A stretch of 64,000 bases of DNA from an uncultured delta proteobacterium (GTDB lineage Bacteria > Myxococcota_A > Polyangia > Polyangiales > B10-G4). The stretch's first letter is position 1. Each line of letters starts with the position of its first letter. The notes under the pieces are model-generated. The model was not told the DNA's origin and ran no database searches. It saw only the letters and a program-made list of their open reading frames with translations. The DNA is taken from contig CAVSGI010000008.1 in assembly GCA_963727445.1 (NCBI GenBank), forward strand, positions 542,350 to 606,349. Direction: 5' to 3'. The position numbers were made by a program, and so were the translations under genes. This document shows, in pieces, positions 30,618-40,932 of the stretch.

Positions 30618-31595
30618 TCGCTCGTCGAAACGTCATGAAGGGAGCACGATATCTGGTCCTGATCCTCGCCGGCCTCGCGGTGCCGCTCGCGTGGGCCACG
30701 ACCGCGAGCGCCTGGGATCCCTTCCTGTCGAAGAACCGCAACGTCGAAGACGGCAACCGCGCGATGCGCGAGGGCGATCATCAGGGCGCGCTCGCGGCGT
30801 ACGATCGCGCCGCGCGCGAGCTCCCCGAGGAGCCCGGCGTGCAGCTCAACCGCGGCCTCGCCCTGCTCGAAGAGGGGCGCCTCGACGAGTCGCGCGAAGC
30901 GCTCCTGAGGGCGACCGAGCCCGGCGGCAGGAACGCGGATCTGCGCGCCGACGCCTATTACGACCTCGGCCTCGCCTTCTATCGCCAGGGTGACGCGGCG
31001 GCGAACGAAGAGGATCACCAGCAGGCCCAGGGCCAGTTCCGTGAGGCGGCCGACGCCTTCCGCCGCTCGCTGCGCGCGCGCCCCGGCAATCGCGAGGCGG
31101 CCTGGAACCTCGAGCTCGCCCTGCGCCGCATCCGCGAAGAGCAGGAGCAGCAGGAGCAGCAGGAGCAAGAGGAGCAGGACCAGCAGGACCAGCAGGACCA
31201 GCAGGACCAGCAGGACCAGCAGGACAGCAGGACCAGCAGCAGACCAGCAGGACCAGCAAGACCAGCAGGACCAGCAAGACCAGCAGGACCAGCAAGACCA
31301 GCAGGACCAGCAGGATCAGCAGCAAGACCAGCAGAACCAGGACGACGGCAGCGAGTCCCAGGATCAGCAGGATCAGTCGAACGAAAGCCCGCCCGATCAG
31401 CCCGACCAGCAGCCGCAACAGCAAGAAGGGCAGAGCGGCGCCGATCAGCACGAGGACGAGGGCAGCGGCCAGGAGCTGCCGCGCGACGTGAGCCGTGTCC
31501 TCGACGCGCTCCGCGACAGCGAAGAGAGCCTCGAACGCCACCGCGCGCGGGCCCGCGGTCGTCGAGAGAACCGCCGCGTCACGATGGACTGGTGA
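30614..31595 (+). CDS. batC: TPR protein BatC with Gln/Asp-rich linker, frameshifted within the repeat
   Basis: TPR (GN..Y..A, YYDLG, AAWNLELA), (QQD)n, C-terminal VLDAL...E...MDW*; two single-base losses at ~31225 and ~31241. Confidence 0.8.
31140..31340 (+). repeat. 9-bp microsatellite (CAGCARGAC)n encoding (QQD)n
   Basis: Read directly. Confidence 0.9.
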
Positions 31596-31609
31596 GGCCT
31601 CGGAGATCG

Positions 31610-33460
31610 ATGCGCCTCTCGGAGCACATCCTCGCCCTCTGCCTGCTCGTGTCGGCGCTCGCGCCAAACGTGGCGTCGGCGCAGCAGGTCTCCGTCGACA
31701 TCCGCATGACGGCGAGCACGACCAACGTCGCCGTGGGCCAGCCCTTCGACCTGCAGATCCGCGCCGACATCTCGGGCGCGCAGGCGAGCGACATCCAGCT
31801 CCCCGACCTCTCCGCGTTCCGGGTCACCAGCCGTCGCGTCTCGCGCCCGATGCAGTTCACCTTCGGATTCGGCAACCAGACGCAGGTGGTGCGCTCCACC
31901 ATCGTCTACGACTTGACGCTGCTGCCGCTGAACGAAGGGGACGTCCGCATCGACAGCGCGTCGATCCAGGCCGGTGGTCGAACCTACCGCTCCGATCCCC
32001 TCACCCTGACGGTCGGGCCCGGCAACGGCACCGTGCCCCCCGACCCGGGCCTCGGCCAGCAGCTCCCCTCCCCACCCTCCGGCCAGCTCGACGGAGCGGC
32101 CTTCGACGAGACGGCGTTCTTGCGCACCACCGTCACGCCGACCGATCCCTACGTCGGTCAGCAGGTGACGGTGACCGTCTATCTCTACGTGCGCGGCGCG
32201 ATCCGTTCCTCTCCGATCATCCATCGCGAGCCCAACGCCGACGGGTTCTGGGTGCGCGATCTGTTGCCCCCGGCCCGCACCCTCGAGGCGCAGCGACAGA
32301 TGGTCGGCGGCCGGCAGTTCGACGTCTACGTCCTGCGTCGTTTCGCGGCGTTCCCGCTCCGCGAGGGTGATCTCGAGATCGGCGCGATGGACGTCTCTTT
32401 CGAAACCGGATCCGTCTTCGACATCTTCAACGCGCGCCGCTCGGGTCCCATCCGTCGCCAGGGCGTGCCCATCGCCGTCCACGTGCGGCCCCTGCCCCGA
32501 GCAGGCCGGCCCACCGGCGAGGTCTACGTGGGCAGCTACGAAATCCAGGCGAGCCTCGACCGGGCTTCGGCCGCCACCGGCGACGCCGTGACTCTGACCG
32601 CGCGTGTCGAAGGCACCGGCAACCTCCGCGACATCCACCTGAGCCTCCCCGAGACCCCAGGCCTTCGGATCCTCGAGCCCGAGGTCACCGATCAGATCGG
32701 CGCCACCAACGACGTGGTCGGCGGCACGCGGACCTTCGCTTGGTTGATCGTGCCGGAGGAGCCGGGCGACTACCGATTGCCGCCTCTCGGCTTCGACGCG
32801 TTCTCCCCCACGACCGAGACCTACTCGCGGGTCGTCGCGCCGGAGCTCACCCTCACGGCGGCGGGCGCTGCCATCGCCTCCGAGAGCGACGACGAGGAGG
32901 AAGAGGCCACGAGCCCGCAGGCGCGGGCCCCGGAGCTCGGCCCGGTGAGGACCCGCAGCGCGCTGGACCGAAACCCTCCCGAGGAGCACCTCGCCCCCTT
33001 CATGTGGGCGCTCTTCGCGCTGCCTCCTCTCCTCTGGATCCTCGCCCTGGTCTTCGGCTTCGCGCGTCGCCGCCTCGACGAAAAGGGCGAACGAGACGCG
33101 CCGAAACGGGCGGTCCGCTCGGCGAAGAAGCGCCTGGCGACCGCCGAGGGCCACGCCCAGTCGGGCGACGCCCGCGCCTTCTACGGCGAGGTGCGCAAGG
33201 TCATCAAGGACGTGCTCGAAGCACGGCTCGGCGAGGCGGTAGGCGGGTACACGCACACCCAGCTCGAAAAGCACCTGCGAGAGCGGGGCATGGACGAGGA
33301 TCTCTCGCGCAGGGTCGTCGACGAGCTCGAGGGCACGGAGTTCGCGCAGTACAGCGCAGAGGGCTCTTCCTCCGACGAGATGGTGGGATGCAGCCAGCGC
33401 GTCGGTGCGCTGCTCGAGCGCATGGATCGCTTCTCGCCGACGACGGAGGAGCTTCGATGA
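31610..33460 (+). CDS. batD: BatD-family protein
   Basis: Signal peptide; repeated Ig-like modules (YVGQQV, GDAVTL..V.GTGN); C-terminal TM and helical domain. Confidence 0.85.
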   Translation: MRLSEHILALCLLVSALAPNVASAQQVSVDIRMTASTTNVAVGQPFDLQIRADISGAQASDIQLPDLSAFRVTSRRVSRPMQFTFGFGNQTQVVRSTIVYDLTLLPLNEGDVRIDSASIQAGGRTYRSDPLTLTVGPGNGTVPPDPGLGQQLPSPPSGQLDGAAFDETAFLRTTVTPTDPYVGQQVTVTVYLYVRGAIRSSPIIHREPNADGFWVRDLLPPARTLEAQRQMVGGRQFDVYVLRRFAAFPLREGDLEIGAMDVSFETGSVFDIFNARRSGPIRRQGVPIAVHVRPLPRAGRPTGEVYVGSYEIQASLDRASAATGDAVTLTARVEGTGNLRDIHLSLPETPGLRILEPEVTDQIGATNDVVGGTRTFAWLIVPEEPGDYRLPPLGFDAFSPTTETYSRVVAPELTLTAAGAAIASESDDEEEEATSPQARAPELGPVRTRSALDRNPPEEHLAPFMWALFALPPLLWILALVFGFARRRLDEKGERDAPKRAVRSAKKRLATAEGHAQSGDARAFYGEVRKVIKDVLEARLGEAVGGYTHTQLEKHLRERGMDEDLSRRVVDELEGTEFAQYSAEGSSSDEMVGCSQRVGALLERMDRFSPTTEELR

Positions 33461-34233
33461 GCATGCAGAGAGCGCGAGCGATCGTCGCTTTCACGGTGGC
33501 GATGGCGGCCACACCCGCCTCGGCGCAGCACCTGGGTGAGGTCTTCGACCAAGGCAACGCCGCGGTCTTCGCCGGTGATCTCGATCGCGCCATCGCCTCC
33601 TACGACCGACTGGTCGCTGCCGGCGTGGACGACGCCGACGTCGCCTACAACCTCGCCGTCGCACACGGGCGCGCGGGACACTACGGGCAGGCCATCCGCT
33701 ACTTCGAGCACTCGCTCTCGCTGCGGCCCGGAGACGAGGAAGCGGAGCAGGGGCTCGCCGAGGTGCGCGCAGCGCTCGGCCGGCGCCAGGCCGCGCGAGA
33801 CGGCGAAGCGCTCGTCGAGACCACCCCCTTCACCGAGGCGATGGTGCGCCCCTTCTCGCTTTCCGCGATCGGCTGGACGGTGCTCGCCCTCGACGTCCTC
33901 TTCTTCGGCTTCCTGCTCCTGTTCCGGCGGACGCGGAGCGAGAACAAGCGGCTGGCGCTGGGGATCGCGACGCCGGTGATCGGCGTCCTCCTCTCGCTCT
34001 CGGCGTTCGGGCTCGCGATCAAGTCCGGCGCGCTTCACGACGGCCAGCCCGCGATCGTGCTCACCGAGGACGCGGCCCTTCGCGAGGGGCCCGACCGGCG
34101 GGCCGAGCGACGCGCCGAAGCCCGCGAGGGTGAGCGCGCGAACATCCAGATCCGCGACGGCGAGTGGGTGAAGGTCCGTCTGTCCGGGGGCCGCGAGGGA
34201 TGGATGGGCGAAGCAGACGTGGGCGCGATCTGA
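33457..34233 (+). CDS. batE: BatE-like TPR + TM + SH3 protein
   Basis: FDQGN, YNLA..G.YGQAI, two TMs, EWVKVRL..GREGW. Confidence 0.8.
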   Translation: MSMQRARAIVAFTVAMAATPASAQHLGEVFDQGNAAVFAGDLDRAIASYDRLVAAGVDDADVAYNLAVAHGRAGHYGQAIRYFEHSLSLRPGDEEAEQGLAEVRAALGRRQAARDGEALVETTPFTEAMVRPFSLSAIGWTVLALDVLFFGFLLLFRRTRSENKRLALGIATPVIGVLLSLSAFGLAIKSGALHDGQPAIVLTEDAALREGPDRRAERRAEAREGERANIQIRDGEWVKVRLSGGREGWMGEADVGAI

Positions 34234-34342
34234 ACAATTCGGCGCTGTCGCGACCGCTTCGGAAAGATCCGTTGACATCAGCGGCGTCCAGGGACGACGA
34301 TTCGGCCCCACCGCCAGCTAGGGCGTTTGCTTGGAGACGGTA

Positions 34343-34726
34343 ATGGCCGCGGAGAAGCGGAAGATCCTCATCGCTGACGACGACTTGGAGATCCTCGCGC
34401 TCGTCAAGCGCCATCTCGCCAAGCTCGACGTCCTCGTCGTCGAGGCCACCGATGGTGAGGAAGCCCTCAGCCAGGCCAAGTCCGAAAAGCCGGACCTGGT
34501 GATCCTCGACGTGATGATGCCCGGGATGAGCGGCTGGGAAGTCTGCCGCGCCATCCGCGAAGACGCGACCCTCGAGAAGACGGCCGTGCTCATGCTCACC
34601 GGCATCGGCGAGCGCCTCAACGAGATGACCTCGCCCCTCTACGGCGCGGACGCCTACCTCGACAAGCCCTTCGACTTCGGCGATCTCGACGACAAGATCA
34701 AAGAGATCATGGGCTCGCGCGACTGA
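34343..34726 (+). CDS. Single-domain response regulator
   Basis: ILIADDD, DGEEAL, PDLVILDVMMP, MLT, GADAYLDKPF. Confidence 0.92.
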   Translation: MAAEKRKILIADDDLEILALVKRHLAKLDVLVVEATDGEEALSQAKSEKPDLVILDVMMPGMSGWEVCRAIREDATLEKTAVLMLTGIGERLNEMTSPLYGADAYLDKPFDFGDLDDKIKEIMGSRD

Positions 34727-34738
34727 GCTCGGCGCGCG

Positions 34739-36916
34739 CTACTCGTCTTCGTCGCGGAGCTGCGCCGCCAGGCGGTTCTTGCCCGTGTAGGCCGCTCGGT
34801 AGGACGGGTCTTCCTGGGGGACGATGTTGGTGATCTGACGGTAGAGGCTGAGGGCCTCCTGCGGGCGGGTGCGCTCCTTGGATCGCGCTTCGGAGAGCAT
34901 CTGCGCCGCGCGCCGCGAGCACTGACGCGAGAGGTCCAGCGCCGCGCGGTTGCTGGAGTCGGCGCGCAGGGCGTCGCGCACCGCACGGCACCCGCGCTGG
35001 TAGTCGTTGCGTCCGAGCAGGCTGCGCGCACTCGACAGTGACGCGTCGACGAGACGCGCACGCAGCGGGTCGGCGAAATGGCCCCCGCTGATCCCGTCGT
35101 CGAGCCGGATCGCCCGCCGCAGCTGGCTCGCGTTGGCGTCGCGTCGCTGGGCCGCCGCGTACTCGCGCTTGAACTGGTTGATGCGCTCGGCCAGGTCGTT
35201 GAGGGCGCGGTGGTCGGCGTTGCTCTCCATCTCGTTGGCCAGGGCGCGGGCACGGCTCGCCGCGCGGTCGAAATCGCTGCGGACGTAGATCGCCACGACC
35301 TCGCGCTGCGCGCGCTGGCGAGGATCACCGCCCGAGCTGCTCCCGCGGCGCATCGCGCTGGACGAGGACGAGGAAGACGAGGAAGACGACGAAGACGACG
35401 AAGACGAAGACGACGAAGACGAGGAGGATCGGGACCCACGACGCCGCGAGCCCGTCGGCGTGTTGTGCCGCATGGCGGTGGACCCGGCGTGGGCCACCTG
35501 CTCTCCCCCGAGCGCTCGCTGAATGGCCTGGATCGCTTCCCCCGATCCCTCGGCGTCCAGCTCGCGGATGTACTCGAGCCGCTGCCTCGCCGCGTCCTCG
35601 TCGCCGCTCTCGGCGGCTTCCACGCCTTCGTCCCGAAGCGTCGCGACGCGCGCCTCGGTCGCCCGCGACTTCAACGGCAATACGGTGGTGGCGTAGAGCG
35701 GGCTCTCCTCGTCGATCGACGACAGGAGCTGATACGCCGCCTGCCCGTCGGGAGGATCGGCGTCCAGCGCGGCCTCGGCGCGGGCGATCGCCTCGCGATC
35801 CCGCTGGATCTGACCGAGCCGCGCCAGCTGCTGCAGGGTGTTCTCGTCGTTGGGATGCGTCTGCAGGTGCCGCTGGAACGCAGCCTCCGCGTCATCCCAT
35901 CGCTGCGCCGACAGCGCCTCCATGCCTTCGTTGAACGCGGCGTGATCCCCTCCGCCCTCGGTATCGTCCCGGAGGACCAGGGCGGTCACCGTGGCGCCCA
36001 CGAGCGCGACGATCACACCGGCGACGGCGATGAACGCGTAGAGCCAGGGGCGGGGGATCCCCCCGGGCCCGACGCTCGCTTGTGGCGGTGCGGCGATGTA
36101 GTCGGTGGAGACCGGCGTGCCGGCATGGGGCGACAGGCCCGGCCCCACGACGCCGGCGGTGGCGGGACCTGGCGGCATCGACGGCGCCGCTTCCTCGTCG
36201 GTGGTGTTGTCCGAGCGGCCCGAGAAGGACACGGCCTGCTGGGGCGCAGGCGCGCCAGGGATCTCCACCACCAGCGTCGTCTCGCCGAGCTCGATCCGAT
36301 CGCCCTGGTTGAGCGGCGCTTCCTTCACGCGCTGCCCGTTGACGGTGCTGCCATTGCCACTGCCGAGATCGATGATCTTCAGCAGCCCCGCCTCGGACAT
36401 GTGGATCTTCAGATGGCGGCGCGAGACGGCGATGTCCGTGAGGATCACGTCGTTGTCGATGCTGCGCCCGACCCCGGTTTCGCCGGGATTGAGGAAGAAC
36501 TCCTTGCCCTGGTCCTTGCCCGCCGCGACGCGGAGAAAGGGTCGCTCGGGCGCTTGGTGGAGGATGGTGGTCGCCTCCTCCGCGAGAAGATGCTCGGTGT
36601 CGATGCGCGTGGACTCCCCCGCGGAATCGTCCTCGAACTCGGCGAATGGGTCGCCGCCCGCGGCGGCCGCCGGGGGCGCGTCGAGGATCTCCTCGTCGTC
36701 CTGCTCGGTCACCGTGTCCTCGCCGAAGCCCTCGTGGGGCGGCGGAAAAGCTGCGGACGGGGGCACCTGTGCGCGCGGGGGCGGCGCCGCAGGCGGAGGT
36801 GGAGCGAAGGGCCTCGGCGCCTCGGGCGGGCCCTCTTCCTTCTTGCGACCCTCCGAAAGGCGTCCACCCAACTGGTCGACGAAGGCGTCATCACCCGTGC
36901 TGGACTGGGAGCTCAT
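34739..36916 (-). CDS. FHA domain + TM + periplasmic TPR protein with poly-Ser linker
   Basis: GRSIDND..D.AVSRRH..DLGSGNGSTVNG; one TM; TPR-like helices; Ser run at ~35360-35430. Confidence 0.85.
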   Translation of the reverse strand: MSSQSSTGDDAFVDQLGGRLSEGRKKEEGPPEAPRPFAPPPPAAPPPRAQVPPSAAFPPPHEGFGEDTVTEQDDEEILDAPPAAAAGGDPFAEFEDDSAGESTRIDTEHLLAEEATTILHQAPERPFLRVAAGKDQGKEFFLNPGETGVGRSIDNDVILTDIAVSRRHLKIHMSEAGLLKIIDLGSGNGSTVNGQRVKEAPLNQGDRIELGETTLVVEIPGAPAPQQAVSFSGRSDNTTDEEAAPSMPPGPATAGVVGPGLSPHAGTPVSTDYIAAPPQASVGPGGIPRPWLYAFIAVAGVIVALVGATVTALVLRDDTEGGGDHAAFNEGMEALSAQRWDDAEAAFQRHLQTHPNDENTLQQLARLGQIQRDREAIARAEAALDADPPDGQAAYQLLSSIDEESPLYATTVLPLKSRATEARVATLRDEGVEAAESGDEDAARQRLEYIRELDAEGSGEAIQAIQRALGGEQVAHAGSTAMRHNTPTGSRRRGSRSSSSSSSSSSSSSSSSSSSSSSSSAMRRGSSSGGDPRQRAQREVVAIYVRSDFDRAASRARALANEMESNADHRALNDLAERINQFKREYAAAQRRDANASQLRRAIRLDDGISGGHFADPLRARLVDASLSSARSLLGRNDYQRGCRAVRDALRADSSNRAALDLSRQCSRRAAQMLSEARSKERTRPQEALSLYRQITNIVPQEDPSYRAAYTGKNRLAAQLRDEDE

Positions 36917-37070
36917 CGCGCGGTCGATCCGGAAATTACTTTACGCGAACGGGGTTTAGGGGACAACCGAACGACAATCCTCTTCATTCTGATGGTCTTT
37001 TCTCCTCAGGCTTTGGGTCGTCCCGTCTGCCGACCCCGTGGTTCGACGTGTTAGACTTCGCCGCTACGGG

Positions 37071-38843
37071 ATGCTTCAGGATTTCGGTCCCTACACCATC
37101 GTCCGGAAGCTGGCTGTCGGCGGAATGGCCGAGATCTATCTCGCCCAAGAACGGGGGCTGGAGGGTCTGGTCCGGACGGTGGTCATCAAGCGCGTCCTGC
37201 CGACCTACAGCGACAACCCGGAATTCGTCACGATGTTCCTGGACGAGGCACGCCTCATGGCGAGCCTCTCTCACCCCCACATCGCCGCCGTCTACTCGGT
37301 CGGGCGCGACGACGAGAGCTACCACATCACGATGGAGCACGTCCGGGGGCCCACCCTTTCGGCGCTCCTCACGGCGGCCAAGCGTGCGGGCAGGCGGGGC
37401 CTGCCGCGTCGCTCCGCGCTCGGCATCATCCTGCAGATCGCCGAGGCCCTGAGCTACGTCCACGGCCGGCGCGACGACCTGGGCCGGCCGCTGAACATCA
37501 TCCACCGCGACCTCAATCCGGCGAACGTGATGATCAGCTACGACGGCGCCGTGAAGTTGATCGACTTCGGCATCGCGAAGGCCGCGACGAAGGTCTACGA
37601 GACGCGCACCGGCGTCATCAAGGGCACCTACGGCTACATGGCGCCCGAGCAGCTCGGCAAGCGCAAGGAGATGGACCACCGCGCCGACATCTTCGCCCTG
37701 GGCGTGATGCTCTACGAAGTGTGTCTCGGCGTACATCCCTTCGACGCCAGCACCGAGGCGAACATCATCGACCGGCTCTTGAAGGCCGCCTACCGAAGGC
37801 CGCGCGAGATCGATCGCGGATTTCCGAAGGACCTCGACCGCTTGATCACCGCGTGCATGGCGGTGAACCCCGACGCCCGCCCGCCCGACATGCGCACGGT
37901 GGTCGACACCATCGTCACCCATCTCGAAAAGCACCAGCAGGTGCCGACGATGCGCAAGGTCTCGGAGCTGGTGCACTCGCTCATCCCAGACAAGGACAGC
38001 CCCGCGCCCCTCGAGCCCATCAGCGCCTCACGCCTCGAGCGGGCGTGGAGCGACGACGAAGGCGGGTCGAACGCGACGCAGCCGAAGAACCTGACCCACG
38101 ACACGCAGCAGAGCGCCGCGCCGGTGCACGAGGAGAAGCGCGAGCACACCGTGCCGATCCGCGCGGTGCGGCAAGAGGAGGACGGGGACACCCTCATCGC
38201 CAACCGGCCGCCGATCGAGGCGCTGACCGTCCCGGTGGTGGGGAGCGCCCTCGGCGACGACGAGATGACCGCGGCGGCGCCGATGCCGCCCGAGCGGCTG
38301 GCCCAGATTCGGGAGGCCACGGAGGTCGGCGTTCCGAAGAAGCCTCGACGGCGCAAGCGTCGCGATCGCACGCGGCAGGCCCTGCTCTTCGTGGGGAGCG
38401 CGACCCTGGTGCTCGGGGTGGGGATCGCCGCCTTCGTCACGGCGCGGGCGATCAGCGGCTCGGGCGCCGAAGCGGTCGCGCCGCCGGATCCGGTCCCGGT
38501 GCCCGCGCCGGTGGCCGAACCCCCGGCCCCACGGCTCTTGCGGGTCACCTCCGAGCCTGCCGGCGCCACAATCTACCTCGATGGCGAGGAAGCCGCGCTC
38601 CTCACCCCGGCGACCCTGCCCATCCCGCCCAACCGGGACCGGGTGGTGGTGCGCACCTCCCTCGAGGGCTACGTGACCCAGGAGCGGCCAATCCACGCCA
38701 CGGCGGGAGAGGCGCGCTTCGTTTTGACCGCCCTCGAGCCCATCGTGGACGCCGGCCCCGACGCCCCCGCCGACACCGGCGAGGCCCCGGCCACCATGGT
38801 CCGGCCGCGGATGCGGCGCCGCCCCCGAATGCGACGCCGATAG
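37071..38843 (+). CDS. Membrane Ser/Thr kinase with PEGA domain
   Basis: GGMAEIY, VIKR, HRDLNPAN, DFG, KGTYGYMAPEQ; TM; VTSEPAGATIYLDG..TP. Confidence 0.92.
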   Translation: MLQDFGPYTIVRKLAVGGMAEIYLAQERGLEGLVRTVVIKRVLPTYSDNPEFVTMFLDEARLMASLSHPHIAAVYSVGRDDESYHITMEHVRGPTLSALLTAAKRAGRRGLPRRSALGIILQIAEALSYVHGRRDDLGRPLNIIHRDLNPANVMISYDGAVKLIDFGIAKAATKVYETRTGVIKGTYGYMAPEQLGKRKEMDHRADIFALGVMLYEVCLGVHPFDASTEANIIDRLLKAAYRRPREIDRGFPKDLDRLITACMAVNPDARPPDMRTVVDTIVTHLEKHQQVPTMRKVSELVHSLIPDKDSPAPLEPISASRLERAWSDDEGGSNATQPKNLTHDTQQSAAPVHEEKREHTVPIRAVRQEEDGDTLIANRPPIEALTVPVVGSALGDDEMTAAAPMPPERLAQIREATEVGVPKKPRRRKRRDRTRQALLFVGSATLVLGVGIAAFVTARAISGSGAEAVAPPDPVPVPAPVAEPPAPRLLRVTSEPAGATIYLDGEEAALLTPATLPIPPNRDRVVVRTSLEGYVTQERPIHATAGEARFVLTALEPIVDAGPDAPADTGEAPATMVRPRMRRRPRMRRR

Positions 38844-38914
38844 CCGCGCGAAGCCGGGATTGCGCCCCCTGCCTCACTGGTGGGGAGCCCGCCGATGTGG
38901 TAGCCCGCCCTCTG

Positions 38915-39976
38915 ATGCGACGCGTCCTCATGCTCGTCTCCCTGTCCCTCTGCCTGTGCGCGCTCGTCGGCCTTTCGGCCGGGGGGTGCGGGGACGACGA
39001 AAGCGGTGGTCAGACCACCGGAAACGGTGAACCGACCGAATCGCAGGCTCGCCACGGGCTGACCGACGAGCAGGCCCGCGAGGTGCTGGTGAAGATCGGC
39101 GACGACACGACCATCACCGTCGGCGAGTTCGCTGACCGTCTGGCGGAGCAGTCGCCCTATCTCCGGGCACGCTTCAACAGCCCCGAGCGGCGACGCGAGT
39201 TCCTCGACAACATGGTGCGCTTCGAGCTGCTGGCCAAGGAGGCCGAGCGCGAGGGCTACGAGGACAACCCCGAGGTCGTGCGCTCGACGAAGCAGGTGAT
39301 GATCCAGCAGATGATGAAGGAGGAGTTCGAGGACACGATCCAGCTCTCCGACATCACGGACGAGGAGATCCGCCAGTACTACGAGGAGCATCGCGACGAG
39401 TTCCAGAAGCCGCAGCAGGTGCGCGCGAGCCACATCCTCATCAAGAACCGCCTGGTGGCGCAGCGGACCCTGGACGCGATCCTCGCCAATCCCACCGACG
39501 TGAACTTCTTCCGCAGCACGGCGGAGACGCGCAACGAGGACGCGGCGACCCGTGACCGCTTCGGCGACCTGCGATTCTTCGCCCGACCCGACGAAGCGTC
39601 GGAGGAAGAGGGAGACATCCCCGACCCCGTGCGCGAGGCGGCGTTCTCCATCGAGCAGATCGGCGGCGTCTATCCCGAGCTGGTGCAGACCGAGGCCGGC
39701 TATCACATCATCAAGCTCACCGGCCGGCGAGCGGCGCTGAACCGCACCCTCGAAGAGGCGCGGCGGCCCATCCAGAACCGGCTCTGGCGTGAGAGGCGCG
39801 AGGCGCGGGTGCAGGAGTTCATCAACGGGCTCCGGGATGGCGCGCAAGTCGAAGAGCATCTCGACCTCTTGAGCGAGGTTCAGGTGCGGGCGCCGGACGG
39901 CAATTCGCCCACGGGCGACGTCCCGAGCACGCCGACACCCCCCGTCAATACGCCGAGGCCGACAAAAGCCCCATGA
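38915..39976 (+). CDS. PrsA/PpiC-type peptidyl-prolyl isomerase lipoprotein
   Basis: Lipobox AGGC; VRASHILI, GDLRFF, VQTEAGYHIIK. Confidence 0.88.
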   Translation: MRRVLMLVSLSLCLCALVGLSAGGCGDDESGGQTTGNGEPTESQARHGLTDEQAREVLVKIGDDTTITVGEFADRLAEQSPYLRARFNSPERRREFLDNMVRFELLAKEAEREGYEDNPEVVRSTKQVMIQQMMKEEFEDTIQLSDITDEEIRQYYEEHRDEFQKPQQVRASHILIKNRLVAQRTLDAILANPTDVNFFRSTAETRNEDAATRDRFGDLRFFARPDEASEEEGDIPDPVREAAFSIEQIGGVYPELVQTEAGYHIIKLTGRRAALNRTLEEARRPIQNRLWRERREARVQEFINGLRDGAQVEEHLDLLSEVQVRAPDGNSPTGDVPSTPTPPVNTPRPTKAP

Positions 39977-40932
39977 CGCGCGGGTGGGCAGAGCTCGCGG
40001 CGGCGGTCGTGCTCGTCGCCACGTCGGTCGGGGCCCTCGGACCCACGGCGGCCGAGGCCCAGCAGCGCGAGGTCATCGAGCGCGTCGTGGCCACCGTGAA
40101 CGACGAGGCCATCTTCCTGTCGGATCTGCGCCGCCGAGCGATCCCGTTCTTGCCGCGGGCGATGCAGGCGCCCACCGAGATGGAGCGGATGGCCGCGCTC
40201 GAGCAGCTCTACGGGCAGCTTCTGGACGCGCTGGTGGACGAGGAGCTGATCCAGCAGGCCGCGCACGAGATGCAGGTGAGCGTCACCAACAGCGACGTGG
40301 ATCGCGCGATCGAGAACGTGCGCGGCCAGAGCCAGCTCTCGGAGGAAGAGTTCTGGCAGGCGGTCGCCGGCCAGGGCTTCACCGAGGCCCAGTACCGCAA
40401 CGACGTGCGCCGCCAGCTCCTGCGCCTGAAAGTGCTCAACACCCGGGCGCGTGGTCGCGTGAACCTCACCGAGGAAGACGTGCAGGGGCGTTACCGGCAG
40501 ATGGTCCGCGAGCATGACGCCGGCGCGTGCTTCGAGGTGCAGATCATCGTCGTGCCGTTCTCGGAGAACGCGCCCGCCACGGAGATCGCCGCCGCAGAGG
40601 CGCAGGCCGAAACGCTCCATGAGCAGCTCACCCCGGACAACTTCGCCGACAACGGCGGCCGTGACCTGGGCCGGGTCTGTGAAGGCGACCTGCAGCCCGC
40701 GCTCATGGCCGCCCTCGCTGGCAAGAGCCCGGGCGACATCACACCGCCCGAGCGCGTCGGCAACGGCTTCGTCATGCTCTTCGTCGAGAGCCAGGCCGCG
40801 GGCAACGTCCCGCCCTACGCGCAGGTGCGCCAGCAGCTCTTCCAGCAGATGATGCAGGAGGCGATGCAGCGCCAGGAGCAGATCTTCCTGGACGAGCTGA
40901 AGCGCGAAGCCGTGATCGAAAAGCGGCTCTAG
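39973..40932 (+). CDS. SurA-like periplasmic chaperone
   Basis: IERVVATVNDEAI..SD, LVDEELI.Q.A, degenerate parvulin domain. Confidence 0.8.
   Translation: MTRGWAELAAAVVLVATSVGALGPTAAEAQQREVIERVVATVNDEAIFLSDLRRRAIPFLPRAMQAPTEMERMAALEQLYGQLLDALVDEELIQQAAHEMQVSVTNSDVDRAIENVRGQSQLSEEEFWQAVAGQGFTEAQYRNDVRRQLLRLKVLNTRARGRVNLTEEDVQGRYRQMVREHDAGACFEVQIIVVPFSENAPATEIAAAEAQAETLHEQLTPDNFADNGGRDLGRVCEGDLQPALMAALAGKSPGDITPPERVGNGFVMLFVESQAAGNVPPYAQVRQQLFQQMMQEAMQRQEQIFLDELKREAVIEKRL

Noticed and set aside
29426..33460. 1344-aa ORF
   Set aside because: Read-through joining shadow sequence, the batC 5' half and batD because of indels in the QQD repeat
34272..34301. Sigma70 promoter TTGACA upstream of the response regulator
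   Set aside because: Perfect -35 but only a weak -10 (GACGAT at 18 nt); not enough to call
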